A stretch of DNA of 50,146 bases from Polymyxa betae A26-41 (taxonomy: Eukaryota; Protista; Endomyxa: Phytomyxea), in NCBI GenBank assembly GCA_003693705.1, contig RBZT01000402.1, forward strand, positions 1-50,146, written 5' to 3'. The position numbers and the translations under genes are program-made. The notes beneath the pieces were generated by a model. The model saw only the letters and a list, made by a program, of their open reading frames with translations. It did no database searches and was not told the DNA's origin. Positions within the stretch are counted from its first letter, which is position 1. Each line of letters begins with the position of its first letter. Shown piece by piece: positions 1 through 11,689 of the stretch.

Positions 1-107
1 GAGGCAAGGATGGTAGGAAGAGATGAGAACCTATCCTGTGAGAACATTTCTAATCGGTCAAGGTAAGCCTCAAGAGCTGATTGGAAGCTTGCTGGCGGAA
101 TCGACAT
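1..107 (-). CDS. Possible first exon of a gene running off the left edge (MSIPPASFQSALEAYLDRLEMFSQD..)
   Basis: ATG at 107 on the minus strand, an open frame to a GT donor near 30, AT-rich upstream. No homology recognised. Confidence 0.3.
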   Translation of the reverse strand, partial: MSIPPASFQSALEAYLDRLEMFSQDRFSSLPTILA

Positions 108-594
108 TGTTTATATAAAAATTCAAATCACGCAGAGGAACCCCAATACCGCTGGCAAACAGAGGCATTTGCGTTATTCCATGTGCGCTATTGCTGCGTG
201 ATTGCACAGAAATCACGCACAGAAATCAAGCAACCGCTGTGGTTGCTCTAACATAGCTTTTTAAGCAGAAAAAAGTTGAAAAAATCTTTTAGCGTTGGTG
301 GGCTGCGCACTCTGTTATCTCGATAGCGTCAGAAAATATTCTGTCATCTTGGGCAGTACGAAGTCTATGTGTAACATTACACATTCTCGTCATCACGTTG
401 AACATTTTGTTATTCTCGTGCCATCAATCCGCGAATCCATATGACTAATTGAGCAATAAACATTGGACTCGAATTGATCTGAATGTTGCTGCGGCACCAG
501 CCATAATATTACATTTGTGAAAAGAGTTTGTTGAAGGCTGTGATAGACAGATCTTGTATATAATTAAGACTCAGGAAACATAGCGAAAATCGGG

Positions 595-1396
595 CTATCC
601 TGCTGCGAACGAAATCTCGTTATCATGAGGGCGTAGCCGTTCCTGAACAATACAGTTCGTATCGACTCCGCTAAACATCCGACGATGACGTCGTCGTCTT
701 GCACGGCCTGATTTCGATGCGATGTCGTCATCGCGGCAGGGGCGATCCAATGTAAGGACTTTCGATTCAGGACGCCAACGCGCCGGAATCATTTTCAATA
801 AAGTCGGCTCGATACCAAGATGATAGATCGATTTGATCGCATCTTAATCAGCACGAAACTAGAGTGAGAAACCATCCAAAATTGCATTTTCGACGAGAAA
901 CCAGAAACTTGACGAAGCATTGAAGAACTTTTCGAGTTGACGAAATCAACGATAAAGTCACCTCCAATAGAATAACCAAACAATCAACATAACCAGAAAA
1001 GGTTATTTTTCATTGCGAGAAAAAGCGGCCAAAGCACACTCACAGATCCAAGAACGCCATGCTGAAAACCAGCTCTCATCTGGAGCACAAAACAGTTCAG
1101 AACAAGCAGTAGCTGTCTAGGCTGAAAAATCCCTTCAACTCAAATTAAACATTTAGAAAGCCCCGAGATGCGTCCTCCATATTCGAGACCGAAAGATAAC
1201 AAAGACAGGCCGAGGTCGCAGGGAAACAGCCAGAACCCATTAAAAACACGAAAAACAATGACGAACCCGCTGGATCTCGTGGGCATCTAACAGGAGGTAG
1301 CTGCCCAATCCTATACTTCTGATTACAGTGCATGCATAACGAATGTTTCGGCTCGTCGTTCTGGGCCGGGCACAGCGGGGTCACAACGCACGGCAT
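595..1396 (-). CDS. Three-exon small protein (~137 aa) with an N-terminal C4 zinc ribbon (RanBP2-like spacing)
   Basis: Exons ~1396-1267, ~1079-1044 and ~842-595 splice in phase at GT-AG to MPCVVTPLCPAQNDEPKHSLCMHC..PADESWFSAWRSWIYAIKSIYHLGIEPTLLKMIPARW..AAG*. Confidence 0.6.
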
Positions 1397-1578
1397 CTCG
1401 ATCAGAGCGACACGATCGGGTTGGTGGTGTTGGGGGCCAGTACGAATTTCGTTTTCAGAAAAAAAGTCCCCATGAATGCCGTCGATTCTTAGAGCGGACC
1501 TTCACCAACCATTTCCGACATGTATTGGCTTGCCGGTCTCATGGCCCAGGAGTATTCATGATCAGAGTTCACTCCCGG

Positions 1579-1606
1579 CAAACCCTAAAACCCTACCCTA
1601 ACCCCC
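1579..1606 (+). repeat. Interstitial telomere-like motif (aaaccctaaaaccctaccctaaccc)
   Basis: Read directly; about 17 nt upstream of the ATG at 1623. Confidence 0.85.
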
Positions 1607-1622
1607 ACTCATCCTCCCAAAC

Positions 1623-2700
1623 ATGGAGGAAGAGAAGGCGTTGCTACCGCCATAGCCTCTGCGTATTCTTCGCCTCCGGTCGGCGGAACCCTTGTCTTCA
1701 TCAGGCTCGATATGGACAGCGGAAATGGGGCCAGCACGCTGATAGATCTTGTTTGTCGCTCTGGGCGGCTTCCTGGGGCTGTATCGGGGTCTATTGTAAG
1801 CGATCACGTTGTTGTGCTTTGACTGGCAGATTCATCATAATCTTCAATCTGGTATAAATGACTCGGCCATTTTCTTGGTAATCTCATAAGAGGATATAAT
1901 TCTTGTCTTTAAGGGATTTATAGCCCGCTTTCCACGAAACCAAATACAGCTTGGAAACAAATTGGACATTTGTAACTGGCCCGTTACTAGAGGCTGTATT
2001 TCAAAGGATTTCTGGTAGCAAACACTCCTAGGCGGATCCGACTTTTGCGTTGACGCTTTCAGTCTGCGAAAAAGCGCTGCGTCTTGGTGCAGCGTCCCCT
2101 CCATTGGCTACAACATTTGCGAGATCCTTCTGTGCAGCAATGCTCGATTTGAAAAACGTCGAGCAATGTGTAATGTTCCAGAATCAATGCCACATTTTCT
2201 GCGTCGGACGGAAGAGGCTCAAGTTGGTGGATGCCAGCAGATACAGGCTGCAAGCCTGTAACAAGCGTGTCCAGCGGATAATTTCAACAAAATTCAACAA
2301 AGTTATGCCATTGAAAGCCTCGAAGTAAATCACCGCTGATTGGAAACACCATTTTTTTTACCAAAGTCTGCCTCTAGAACAGATTCGAATAACATAATGA
2401 TCAGTTTCCCGAATATTGAAAACGTTCTGCAAATGAGGCCTCGGAAACACAGTACGACTGGCTGCTTTCACGCTTTCAGCATAAAGGAAAATGACCACAT
2501 CCTCTCCAAATTTGCCACAGCAACAGCTGCGGTTTACGACCTCGATTCTGTTGCCGACATTGGACCTCTCGAAATTTGCAGACTTGCTCAAACAAGCGTC
2601 AGGATTGATAGGGAGTTCTGCCACCTCTCTTCCGATTCTGCTGTACAACATGTTGCTCATTTGTGACAAGAACGCTTCCATTAGGGGCTGACCAATATAA
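1623..2700 (+). pseudogene. Decayed gene, possibly a type II membrane protein
   Basis: One frame from ATG 1623 (MEEEKALLPP*PLRIL..ILFVALGGFLGLYRGLL*AITLLCF..) is in frame with ORF 2340-2666 but broken by several stops. It has a hydrophobic N-terminal segment. Confidence 0.45.
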
Positions 2701-2899
2701 TCCTGCCTTGGTGGAATCGTTTAACCCCCATTTCGGAAAGTCGCGGGACTTTTGTTTACAGAGGCCATCCTTGATAGAAGCGCCCATCGGCCGATGCTAC
2801 GATCTCCACATAAATCCATCGGCCGGTCTCATTCAAGTCTGGGCATCGTCGTCACCTCTCACGTTACAGACCGCAGCAGGACACGTTACTGTCCGCCGA

Positions 2900-3133
2900 A
2901 TGTCCCGACGCAACATGGAGCCCATCCCGGTCTGGGTGTCGCTGTTCATGATGGCGCTGGGCGGCCTCTGTATCTGTACGAGTCTGGATCGCCCTACAGA
3001 TCCCTACATGTTGATGTATCTATTCGGGATCAGCATGACGTTGTCCGGGCTCGTACATCTGATCTTCACGGTCGGGTACGAACCACGGCAACCGCCACCA
3101 CCACCATTGCCATCCGTACAGCCCCAGCAATGA
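2900..3133 (+). CDS. Small two-TM membrane protein (77 aa) with a Pro/Gln tail
   Basis: ATG 2900; two hydrophobic helices (VWVSLFMMALGGLCIC; YMLMYLFGISMTLSGLVHLIFTV); aataaa ~20 nt after the stop. Confidence 0.6.
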   Translation: MSRRNMEPIPVWVSLFMMALGGLCICTSLDRPTDPYMLMYLFGISMTLSGLVHLIFTVGYEPRQPPPPPLPSVQPQQ

Positions 3134-3237
3134 CAAAGGTCAACGAACTTTCCCAATAAAGTCCTCAGAGCATGTTCATGATAATCTCAACCAAGTTTCC
3201 AGCAAGATCAACGCAAGATTTTTTCAGAATTTTTTTT

Positions 3238-3336
3238 ACTGTTTTAAACTTGAATACAAGATTGCGATAATCGATCAAATCTGAAGAGAAAGTTTTTGCT
3301 GTTTTGAACTTGAATACAAGATTGCTACAATCGATC
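3238..3336. repeat. Imperfect direct repeat, 60-nt period (ctgttttRaacttgaatacaagattgc..aatcgatc)
   Basis: Two copies read directly, 3' of the MORN gene. Confidence 0.8.
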
Positions 3337-3399
3337 CGAACTGTCAAACGACAAAGTTGTGATCGGGATTGTTGTCGAGCTCGAGCGGCATATCGGTGT

Positions 3400-4040
3400 T
3401 TATTGGATCGACTGTCTAACAGGTATCCAGACGCCTTTCTCATTCTGATAGGAATCATTCCAGAATCGGCCTCGCCATGCATTGCCTTTGACATCCGTGA
3501 AGACGCCGTGGCCATGCATTCGGCCGTCGTGCCATTCGCCATCGTAGACGGACAGATCCGGCCACGCCAGGCGGCCAGCGCCGTGGTACTGGCCCGCGCG
3601 CAACTCCCCGACATACGTGGTGCCGTCGGCGAACGTGATCCGGCCGCGGCCTTCGATCTGATCGTGGCGCCATTCGCCCTCGTAGCGCTCACCGCCGCCC
3701 GTGTGCACGCCGGATCCGTGACGCTTTTTTCGCACCACGGACTCGCTGCCGGCATCCGGGCCCGGCTCTCGCACCTCGACGTACTCGCCCTCTAGCAGAA
3801 AAATGATTATTAGAAACCATAATCAACAGCGCAAAGAGGAAGCAGAAAAAAAAACAAGAAAAGATCTGAAATTTTGTATTTGGTAACATTACAGCTTGTA
3901 AAATTGCCACTGGCTATGTAACATTAAGTACCATATCGATGGTCGGTATCTGGAAACGTAAAGACGCCCTTGAGGATGGTTGGTTGGGCGGCGGCCGCCT
4001 CCTGCACCTCGGCTTCCTCCTTCTTGGGCTTGGGCGGCAT
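3400..4040 (-). CDS. MORN-repeat protein (MORN2-like), 2 exons
   Basis: Exons 4040-3932 and 3791-3400 join in phase (..DHRY/EGEYVE..). Repeats YEGEWRHDQIEGRG, YVGELRAGQYHGAG and YDGEWHDGRMHGHG. Confidence 0.92.
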
Positions 4041-4399
4041 CGGCGTCCAACGTCAAGAGCCGACCAGGATCAGATATCCGTACCCAAGGACCGGGACAAC
4101 TGCCCGTCATACTGCCCCCCAGGCAGCCATTGGATGAAGTGGTCGGCGGCACCGACAACTTTAAAGTCTGTCCAGCATCGTTATCAGCATTTGGCAGGCT
4201 GTCAGAAGAACGTGCATGATTGGGAAAGAACTCGAGCAATGATTAGTGCGGCTGTATCCGACATTTTTCTGACCTGATGCGAAATCTCAAATTTGAAACA
4301 ACAAACTGCGTCCAGTTTATTGAGAACCACGGCTGGATTTCTCAAATCCGAAAAGGTGTTTCCTGGTTATGGCCAACAGGGCTGAGAAACCAATGACAG

Positions 4400-6000
4400 A
4401 ATTCAATACTTACGATTAGGGTTTTTTTACAGTCGGGTATATCCAGTTCCGAGCTCGGCCGTCTACAGCTTGTCTGCGATTCCTGACCATTCGCAATGTC
4501 CATCTTCAGTTTATCAACAACTTTGTTAAACGAGCTCTGCAGATATTAACAAACTCACGTCTCTTGTCCAGATCCGCACCGAACGCCACCCGATATCGCT
4601 CTCCAATCAGCCTCCGGAATTCCTGACGTGATCGACTCCTTTGCAGAATGCCGCATTTAAAACAATAAAGCGAGCGGCGGCGTTTCCCAGACGGTCCGCA
4701 ACCCCAGCAGATTCCCGACGATCTACTCCGAAATCTTTAAACGATGCAATCCGCCATGAGATAGATCCGCTTCAGGGGCGCCCTTGCACATTGCCGGGAG
4801 CCAAAGACGGCGTTGATCCAGGACGGTTTCCTGTCATGCGGTTTTCGATTCGCCCAATCCGGGCGCCGTATCATTATCCGACACGATGTCCGGCGGCGTC
4901 GTGAAGATTCGAAGCGGTCAGGAACTCCACCTCCCCGGAGAGCGACGTACCGGACCCCATGACCCCATGAATGATAACAGTGAAGCTGCAGTGCCGGGAA
5001 CAGATCGCGCCGTCCTGCCTTCTCGATAACGCTCTAAATCGATATCGTAAACGAGGGCGGGAAAGGCGTTGATGTCAGAATCACCCACCAAGGTTACGAC
5101 CTCCAGCATCTGGGTCGCAGGCCAGTACGGCTAGAAGCAAGGCCAAATATCAGTATACGACTGATAGGCGTGGCCTGTTGAGTGACGATTTACGACAGTG
5201 TTGAAGGGCGTCTTCTGTAGGATTTAGCTGTTAATCACGGAGTTCTCGCCTGTATCATTTCGATCTGGATATCTTCTAGGAATGGATCTTGTCACTCTTT
5301 TCCAACAATTTCAGAAGCCCTATGCTGCTGGTGTCGTTGGTGGGCTGTCATGATACGATGTCGGGCTCGAATCGAGGCCATGACATTTGGGCATTACATA
5401 ATACCGAAGCTGTACCAACTGAGAAAACCCAAACTGTGAGCGACTTCCTCTATGGATTAGTCCAATTTATCCTGTTCAGCTTGGCAGATCTCTACTCGTT
5501 TCTACAAGTGCTCTTAAAGCCCGTTGGACGAAGACAACGCCGTTTTATGGTGCATTTCGACACGATCTGAAGTTGACTGAGCTCCAACAAGTTCACCAAA
5601 TCCCACAAGGCGTCCTATCTCATGATAACATAACATATGAACTTGACGATTTCGTGAACGATCGGGCTCTACCACGCCTATATGTCTATATTGGAGCTAA
5701 TATCTAGACAATCCAATCCAATCAGAAATCTCCGCAAACAACATGGCCTCAAACCAGATCGCAATACAAACTCATCGGTTGGCGACCGCGAACGAATGTC
5801 CGATCGAGGTATGTCCAGATCTCGCGCCTCTTTGTCCAGATCTCGCGCCTCTTTGTGCCGATCCGGGACTTGCATCCTTCGCCATCTCGAAGGGCCTCAT
5901 CGCCGTCACAAAACAGAGCGGCATTCGGTGTCATTGTGAATCGGGCACTTTGATGATTTCGAAATGAGCGGCAATGCAACAATACGCTTCATGAAACGGG
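4400..6000 (-). pseudogene. Heavily decayed coding remnant(s), unidentified
   Basis: Protein-like fragments in shifting frames (REIWTYLDRTFVRG.., MLEVVTLVGDSDINAFPALVYDID.., VIIHGVMGSGTS, EFRRLIGERYRVAFGADLDKRREF) with stops. Confidence 0.3.
5812..5856. repeat. 21-nt tandem duplication (tgtccagatctcgcgcctctt x2)
   Basis: Read directly. Confidence 0.9.
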
Positions 6001-6423
6001 CAAATTCTATTAAGTCATGAAAAAGGCGAGGCTGATGAATGATATAGAGCTTCGGCGTCTTCAGCCGACATTGATAAAGAGACGTTCCTGGAGAGTATTG
6101 TGCCGGATCTGATAGAGAAATGGGACAGTGCGTGACAGGAACTGCACTGGTTGAAGAAATTCGTTCGGCTCGAAACATAACCCGTAACGTTGCAGGATTT
6201 GGAGAACCCATATCACAAAGGCGGATTGGGAACGGGGAGCGGAAATTACAAATGGTGTAATAACACGGACAGAGAATCCTGTTCTCGTAACGTTTCACGA
6301 TCAGTCAGGTGTGTGCTCCAGATGAAACGTGTGACCAGCGGATTCAGCGGGAATTCCGTATTGAATCGTGGTGGATATTCCGTATCGAATCAGTCGTTTT
6401 TATTGTCATATCTTGAAACTGTA

Positions 6424-6860
6424 TTATAACTCGCGGGGATCATATTCGTTGAAAATGACGTAAGTTTTATCAGCATTGATCTTGATTTTGTTGTTAGTAC
6501 ACCAACGGATTATTTTTCCCAACTGGTGTCTTATTGTACCTTCTACGTAATCTTTCTCTGATTCGATCGCCAAACCTATCGTATCATCTACACATGTGTT
6601 TGCAAGTCTCGGGTTTAGTGGGATGTCGTACACAAATGTTAACCATAAAAGTACGCTCCAGCTGGACCCCTGGGGGAGGCCGATTTTCCAGTGGTTGTGG
6701 TGTAATCCCATATCGATCCTCTGTGCTGAACTGTGAATGTTCGGACTGTTAGCCAGTCGTAGAGTGTTTTTAGTATTTTAATCAGATATGCGGGAATTTC
6801 TAATTTCAACATTTTTTCAACTAAAATGTGCTTGGGTACGCGATAAGATTGCACCGACCA
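6424..6860 (-). mobile_element. Degenerate non-LTR (LINE) reverse transcriptase fragment
   Basis: Motifs YRVPKHILVEKML..IPAYLIKIL..WL..RTF.V, GLPQGSSWSVLLWLTFVYD, CVDD (for YADD) and WCTNNKIKINADKT. Frameshifted and truncated. Confidence 0.88.
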
Positions 6861-6948
6861 GTTGGTTATTGCATGTTGCGGTTCATCAATGCTTGGGAAG
6901 TTGAATGTCCTGGTCTACATCCAAATTGGTGCGGTGGGAGTTTGTATT

Positions 6949-8295
6949 CTAAATAGCATATGCCGCATTCGAATCTGAATCATGGATTCTACTTATTTGG
7001 ATAGGTTGGAAATCTTGCTTGGTGTTATTCACATCAGCGTCAGCAGATTCTGACTCCCCTCGACTCCGACCGCTCTCAGACATACTTTCACTGTCGCAGT
7101 CGCTCAGTATTTGTCTTTGTTTTCTGTTTCGACTATCAATAGAAGTTCGAGCTTCTTTAGGTGATTTTCTAATACATGTTGCTCTGTGTCGGAGGGTTTG
7201 ACGTCGGTGCTGCAGCACAAACTCCTTGACTATCAGTTCGAAGATATTAATGGCATCGGAAGTGGAGTCAAGTGGTAATATATCCAGATCTTCTCAGTCT
7301 AAATCTTGAGCCAATTTCATAGATATGGATCGGGGAGGACTACTCCTCAGCTGGATCTAACCGCTCAAAGTATGCCGCCCATGATTCCAACCAAGTTGGA
7401 TTTAGCTTCAGGCAACCTGTTAAAGCGATTTCGGATTCCTCAATCTTTAAACGACGATCGTCGAGCTTCTTTAAAATTGTAAAACATCATCTGGACCACA
7501 ACGGTCCTCCGTCCAAAATCTCGGACCGCATTCCCACTATTTTGTCATGTTCTTAGAGCATTTGGAAAAAATCACTGTTGGCCACCAATCAATGCTAGCA
7601 TTGAACAAGACCATGAAAATACCTTTCAGAAAGACAGGTCTTGTAACGACCTTGGTTTCTGGTTAGAGGAGGCGGCTGCGTCTCTATAAACAGATCAGGT
7701 TGGAATTACAAAGAAAAGGCACCCAATCGATAAAGGCCAAACAGTATAAGCTGATGAGAAATATCGGGATTAAAAAAAGGCATGTGTTTTGTTAAGAAAT
7801 CACTGCCAAAGATTAAAAGCCCAGAGAAACAGCGATTTTAATCAGATTGAAATAAGAAATGACTCACCAACAGATTGTGTCACAGTACGCGAATCGTCTC
7901 TCTTTTTGGTTACATAGAGATGGTGACTGCGGATGACACCCCGAGTGTATACCCGACTATTGAAGAGATTTTTGCATCTTATCCGATATCCACTGCCAAG
8001 ATGGCCTAACAGGCCACTCGTTATAAAGCTGCATCAGCAGCTTGTCCTCTTCAGCACCCCATGGTTGGGCCATTGGGGAATCAGAATCGCAGTCTGCACG
8101 TTTACAGAGATTTTGTTCATACGCAGATTTTGCGATGGAATCGGAAAATTAGCGATAGTAGCTGGTTCTGATATCCGTGAGATAATCAAAAATCCATTTT
8201 ACAACCTTATCGTATCAGCACCATTAGCATCTTGAGAGGCCGCGTTGAGGTTGGGACAGTGAGTCATTCCAGCTGGAGTGATCAGTGCTGTATCT
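6949..8295 (-). pseudogene. Intron-containing Myb/SANT-domain pseudogene
   Basis: PWGAEEDKLLMQLYNEWPVRPSWQWISDKMQ(frameshift in A-run ~7970)NLFNSRVYTRGVIRSHHLYV. In-frame stops upstream; GT-AG-bounded exons downstream lead to a Ser/acidic tail ending at 6949. Confidence 0.6.
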
Positions 8296-8692
8296 GTAAG
8301 ACGACCAGGGGGTCGGAAAACCAATCGTAAAACAGAGATGAAAGAGAGACAGAATTGACACGTGTTGAGAGAGAGACAAAGAACTCTAATATTAGAAAGA
8401 GAAGCGGTTACGGAGTGAGCAGAGAGGTTTGGGGGGAAAACTTCATATATCAATATCAGAATAAACAAGTAAAAGTAAGAATAAAAACTTCGCGTCACAA
8501 TCTGATAGCCATGGGCTCAAATTCAATTTACGTCCATTAACAAGCCGATGTTAAATACCCTCTGTGATGTGGGGATCTGCTCTAACTTCCGAAGGCGCCA
8601 CACTGAGTGTGTCATTAACATCTTTCTGTTAGCGAGAGCATTTAAACCAGTTCCAACGTTCGATCTCGCCTGTGTAATCTAACATTCCACTA

Positions 8693-8817
8693 CGGGGTAT
8701 CAAAATTGCGCATTCCGACGCTCTAAACGACCAAATAAGCAAGCCATTGAAACAGATTTTTAAAAATAATAGTAAAGCGCTTTGATTTTTGAGCGAGAAG
8801 CCAACTTTGATACCCCC
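8693..8817. mobile_element. 125-bp MITE, Tc1/mariner-like
   Basis: Terminal inverted repeats cggggtatcaaaattg / caactttgataccccc (14/16 match), flanked by TA on both sides; non-coding interior. Confidence 0.65.
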
Positions 8818-9014
8818 TACTCTTCGAGTAAGAAACCCTTTCCAATACTTTCAGCATTTGCCATCTCTACATATGGATTCAATTCATATTCAATACATTA
8901 AAAGCAGTTGAAAAATATTGGAAATGTTACCTGTTAGGAAATCGATCTCACCATCGCTGGCGGCCGATTAATCCTTCTATCACGAAGGCATGCATGTCAT
9001 GTCCTGACTGACAG

Positions 9015-9078
9015 NNNNNNNNNNNNNNNNNNNNNNNNNNNNNNNNNNNNNNNNNNNNNNNNNNNNNNNNNNNNNNNN
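9015..9078. other. Assembly gap (64 N)
   Basis: Run of n. Confidence 1.
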
Positions 9079-9139
9079 ATAATTTAGTCCGCCACGCACC
9101 TCCGGTGCAATGTCTTCCTGTTGTTTTCCCTTCTCTTAT

Positions 9140-9990
9140 TCAATACACGATTAGTCTTGTATCGTCGTATTCCTCCTCTCCCTTGTCTTGACAATGCACA
9201 AGATTCGCTAACAGTACCGACACGATAAGGGAAAAGCTGCTACCACCTGGCAAACCTGTGACATCCAGACATATTGGGTCCAGCGGCATGTCAACACTGA
9301 ACACGAATGTTAATGTAGGCTTCATCGCTCGTGAGAACCACCACAGGACATGCAAACCATCGTCGAAGCTGGATGCTTGTTTGATCCATGTAATCACCTG
9401 TGATTTGTGCAGGCTTTGAAACGCATCAATTGATTCCGTCCGTATATCTTCTAACAACTCAATTCGCAATTGGGAAGGCTGATCTGAAAGTACGCACCTA
9501 TTGAGAGCAACGCAGCAATCTTGCAATTCAGCTAATAGCTCAATTATCGCTGGTGATCTCCCAACTGGTGCGACAGCAATTCCTCAATCCAGTCTTCAAT
9601 AAAACCACGGAAGCACGATTGCAATAGTTGCAATTTTCATCCAGGGGGTTGGACATGTAGCACGTAGCAGTGCACACAAAATGGATTATCAGATACAGTG
9701 CCTCCGAGCGTTTGCTGAAATTCCACGACCCTTTAGCCCTTGCATAAATCGCCAGATCTCGGACCTTCACCAGGCGATTAGACGCCGCAAATCGACGAAT
9801 GCCGTTGATTTCTGTGCTTGAAGCCCGTATAGGTGGAATAGGAATTCGGAAGAGGTCTTCCAATGGCGGGTTCTTGAAGCCGTATACGTAGGCGGAATAG
9901 GAGAATGGCTCGTGCGTACTGCGTAAGCACGGCCTTTATCTACCTCAATGACAGAAATACCATGGTTGTTGCAGCAGAATATCAGTGATA
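9140..9990 (-). pseudogene. Decayed unknown gene
   Basis: One frame (..SEFLFHLYGLQAQKSTAFVDLRRLIAW*RSEIWRF..PAIIELLAELQDCCVALNR..) continues into ORF 9140-9526, with mostly TGA stops. Confidence 0.4.
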
Positions 9991-11689
9991 AGCGTAAATT
10001 TATTATTAGATAGTTTGGCTGCTTTTGTTACCTAACTCGATCTTGAAGGCATTATGGGACCTAATGGTGTCATGTTGTTGGTCATGATGGGACCTGACTT
10101 GATGGGTGCTGGATTGGATCTCAACTCGAACTTGTTGAATTTTTAATTTAGGTCGAGATCAGTGGGTCATGGTCGTTTTCGTCTCCGTTAGACGCCGCCT
10201 GCTTTGCGAGGTAGTCTACGTGATCATTTTCTGGAATCTGATCAGTGTGACTTGGAATAAAATTTTAACTGAATTGCGGCTTTGCAGTTCGGCTACTGTA
10301 GTGTTTCAGCAACGTCTTTCACTATTGATTTTGTGAATTTGTATTTGTATGGTAATACCTTTAGCTGCTGCAAGCATGATTGGGAGTCAGTGAGGGATAT
10401 GGATATTTCTGTCGTATGGTTTTAGAAACGAAACAGTCTCTAATCCCGGCGAACTAGGGCTAACATTGGTGTCAGTGATTGCTGCAAATGCGGATTAGCT
10501 CTTTCATCTTTTCGTAAATCTTGAGTACCATGAAGTCTATTCCAAAGTCCCACAATTGATTTGGACGAAGAAGGCCTGATGCACAGCTGGATTGGAAATG
10601 TAATGGGATTCTCCAGGGCTCTATCTATTGATTTTTCCAGTAATAATACAATTGCGAATAGAACACGTTGCAATGTTGGTTGTCTTGCCCGGAAGCATGT
10701 CCTCTCCAACCATTAATTGAGCATTCTGTAGGTCATCTTCAGGAATATGGCTCCAATGACATCCAAACACGTTTCCACAGATTCCAAAAAAATGAAAATC
10801 GTTTCTTGCAGCGACATGCTCTTTAAAAAAATGACAGCGCATATGGGTACGTTTAGTCTGGCCCCTTGGCAGGCATGTCTGTTTCAATTTTTTTGCCACA
10901 CATTTCTATTGATAATAATGCAGAACTGATCCATTATATTATCCATGATCTTCATCAAAGCTATCTGCCGGGCTGTTACTCATGATGAAAAATGAAATGC
11001 ACCTTATTACTAAAGCTGTAGAAGATTGCTACTCAGTATTCTTACCGTTTCTTCAAAGTTGTGTGGCTTGCATCTTTATGTTCTCACTGCCGGTACTACC
11101 TAGCAGGAGCCAACACTGGAGCTCCTCCCCTATTTCCATCGCTGTGGGCAATCAATGGATTAATGAAGTTGGCAACGCTTTTAATGCATGAAGTACTAAA
11201 CCCAGCAATTGCCAATTATTTATTGCAATGCAAATACAAATTTTTTTCTTAACGACCCACCTGCTCATTGATTTTGGTTATCAGCAGTATACAGACATCT
11301 ACGCTCTGGCAAGAATTTTTGTATCATGTAGCCAACACACAACTAGTCACCTGAAGCTGAATTCCTCTTGCATGAAAGTGATGAAGCGAGCTCAAAAGCG
11401 GCATTCTATCCGTTCCTAAAGCAACATTGACGCCTACTATTCACCCTGTTTTAGGTCAGAACTCTCTCTTTCAAACTACGTCTTTCGCTGCAATTGGTTA
11501 CTGATAAAGTCTTCTAAAGATCAGGGATCCGAGATTTTCTGTTAACAAAAGCGTTTGTGCTTTCAGAATAGAGCAAACGCAAAGCTTGAGGCTCTTGTCT
11601 TTTTGACCAAATTGGTATCTCTGTTGACATACACTTCGAAGAGGGATTGTGCGTAGGGGTTACCTGTTACCAAACATTCATTTGAAATC

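Noticed and set aside
3304-3795. Long antisense ORFs (also 15351-15875, 36379-36726, 37161-37490, 48510-48842)
   Set aside because: Shadow frames of real genes on the opposite strand.
6424-8295. Myb plus RT on the same strand as an R2-like retroelement
   Set aside because: The Myb gene has spliceosomal introns and its own stop at 6949. The RT is a short internal fragment with no RLE domain. More likely independent.
10400-11680. Short ORFs on both strands
   Set aside because: No motif or consistent frame. Possibly a decayed gene but not supportable.
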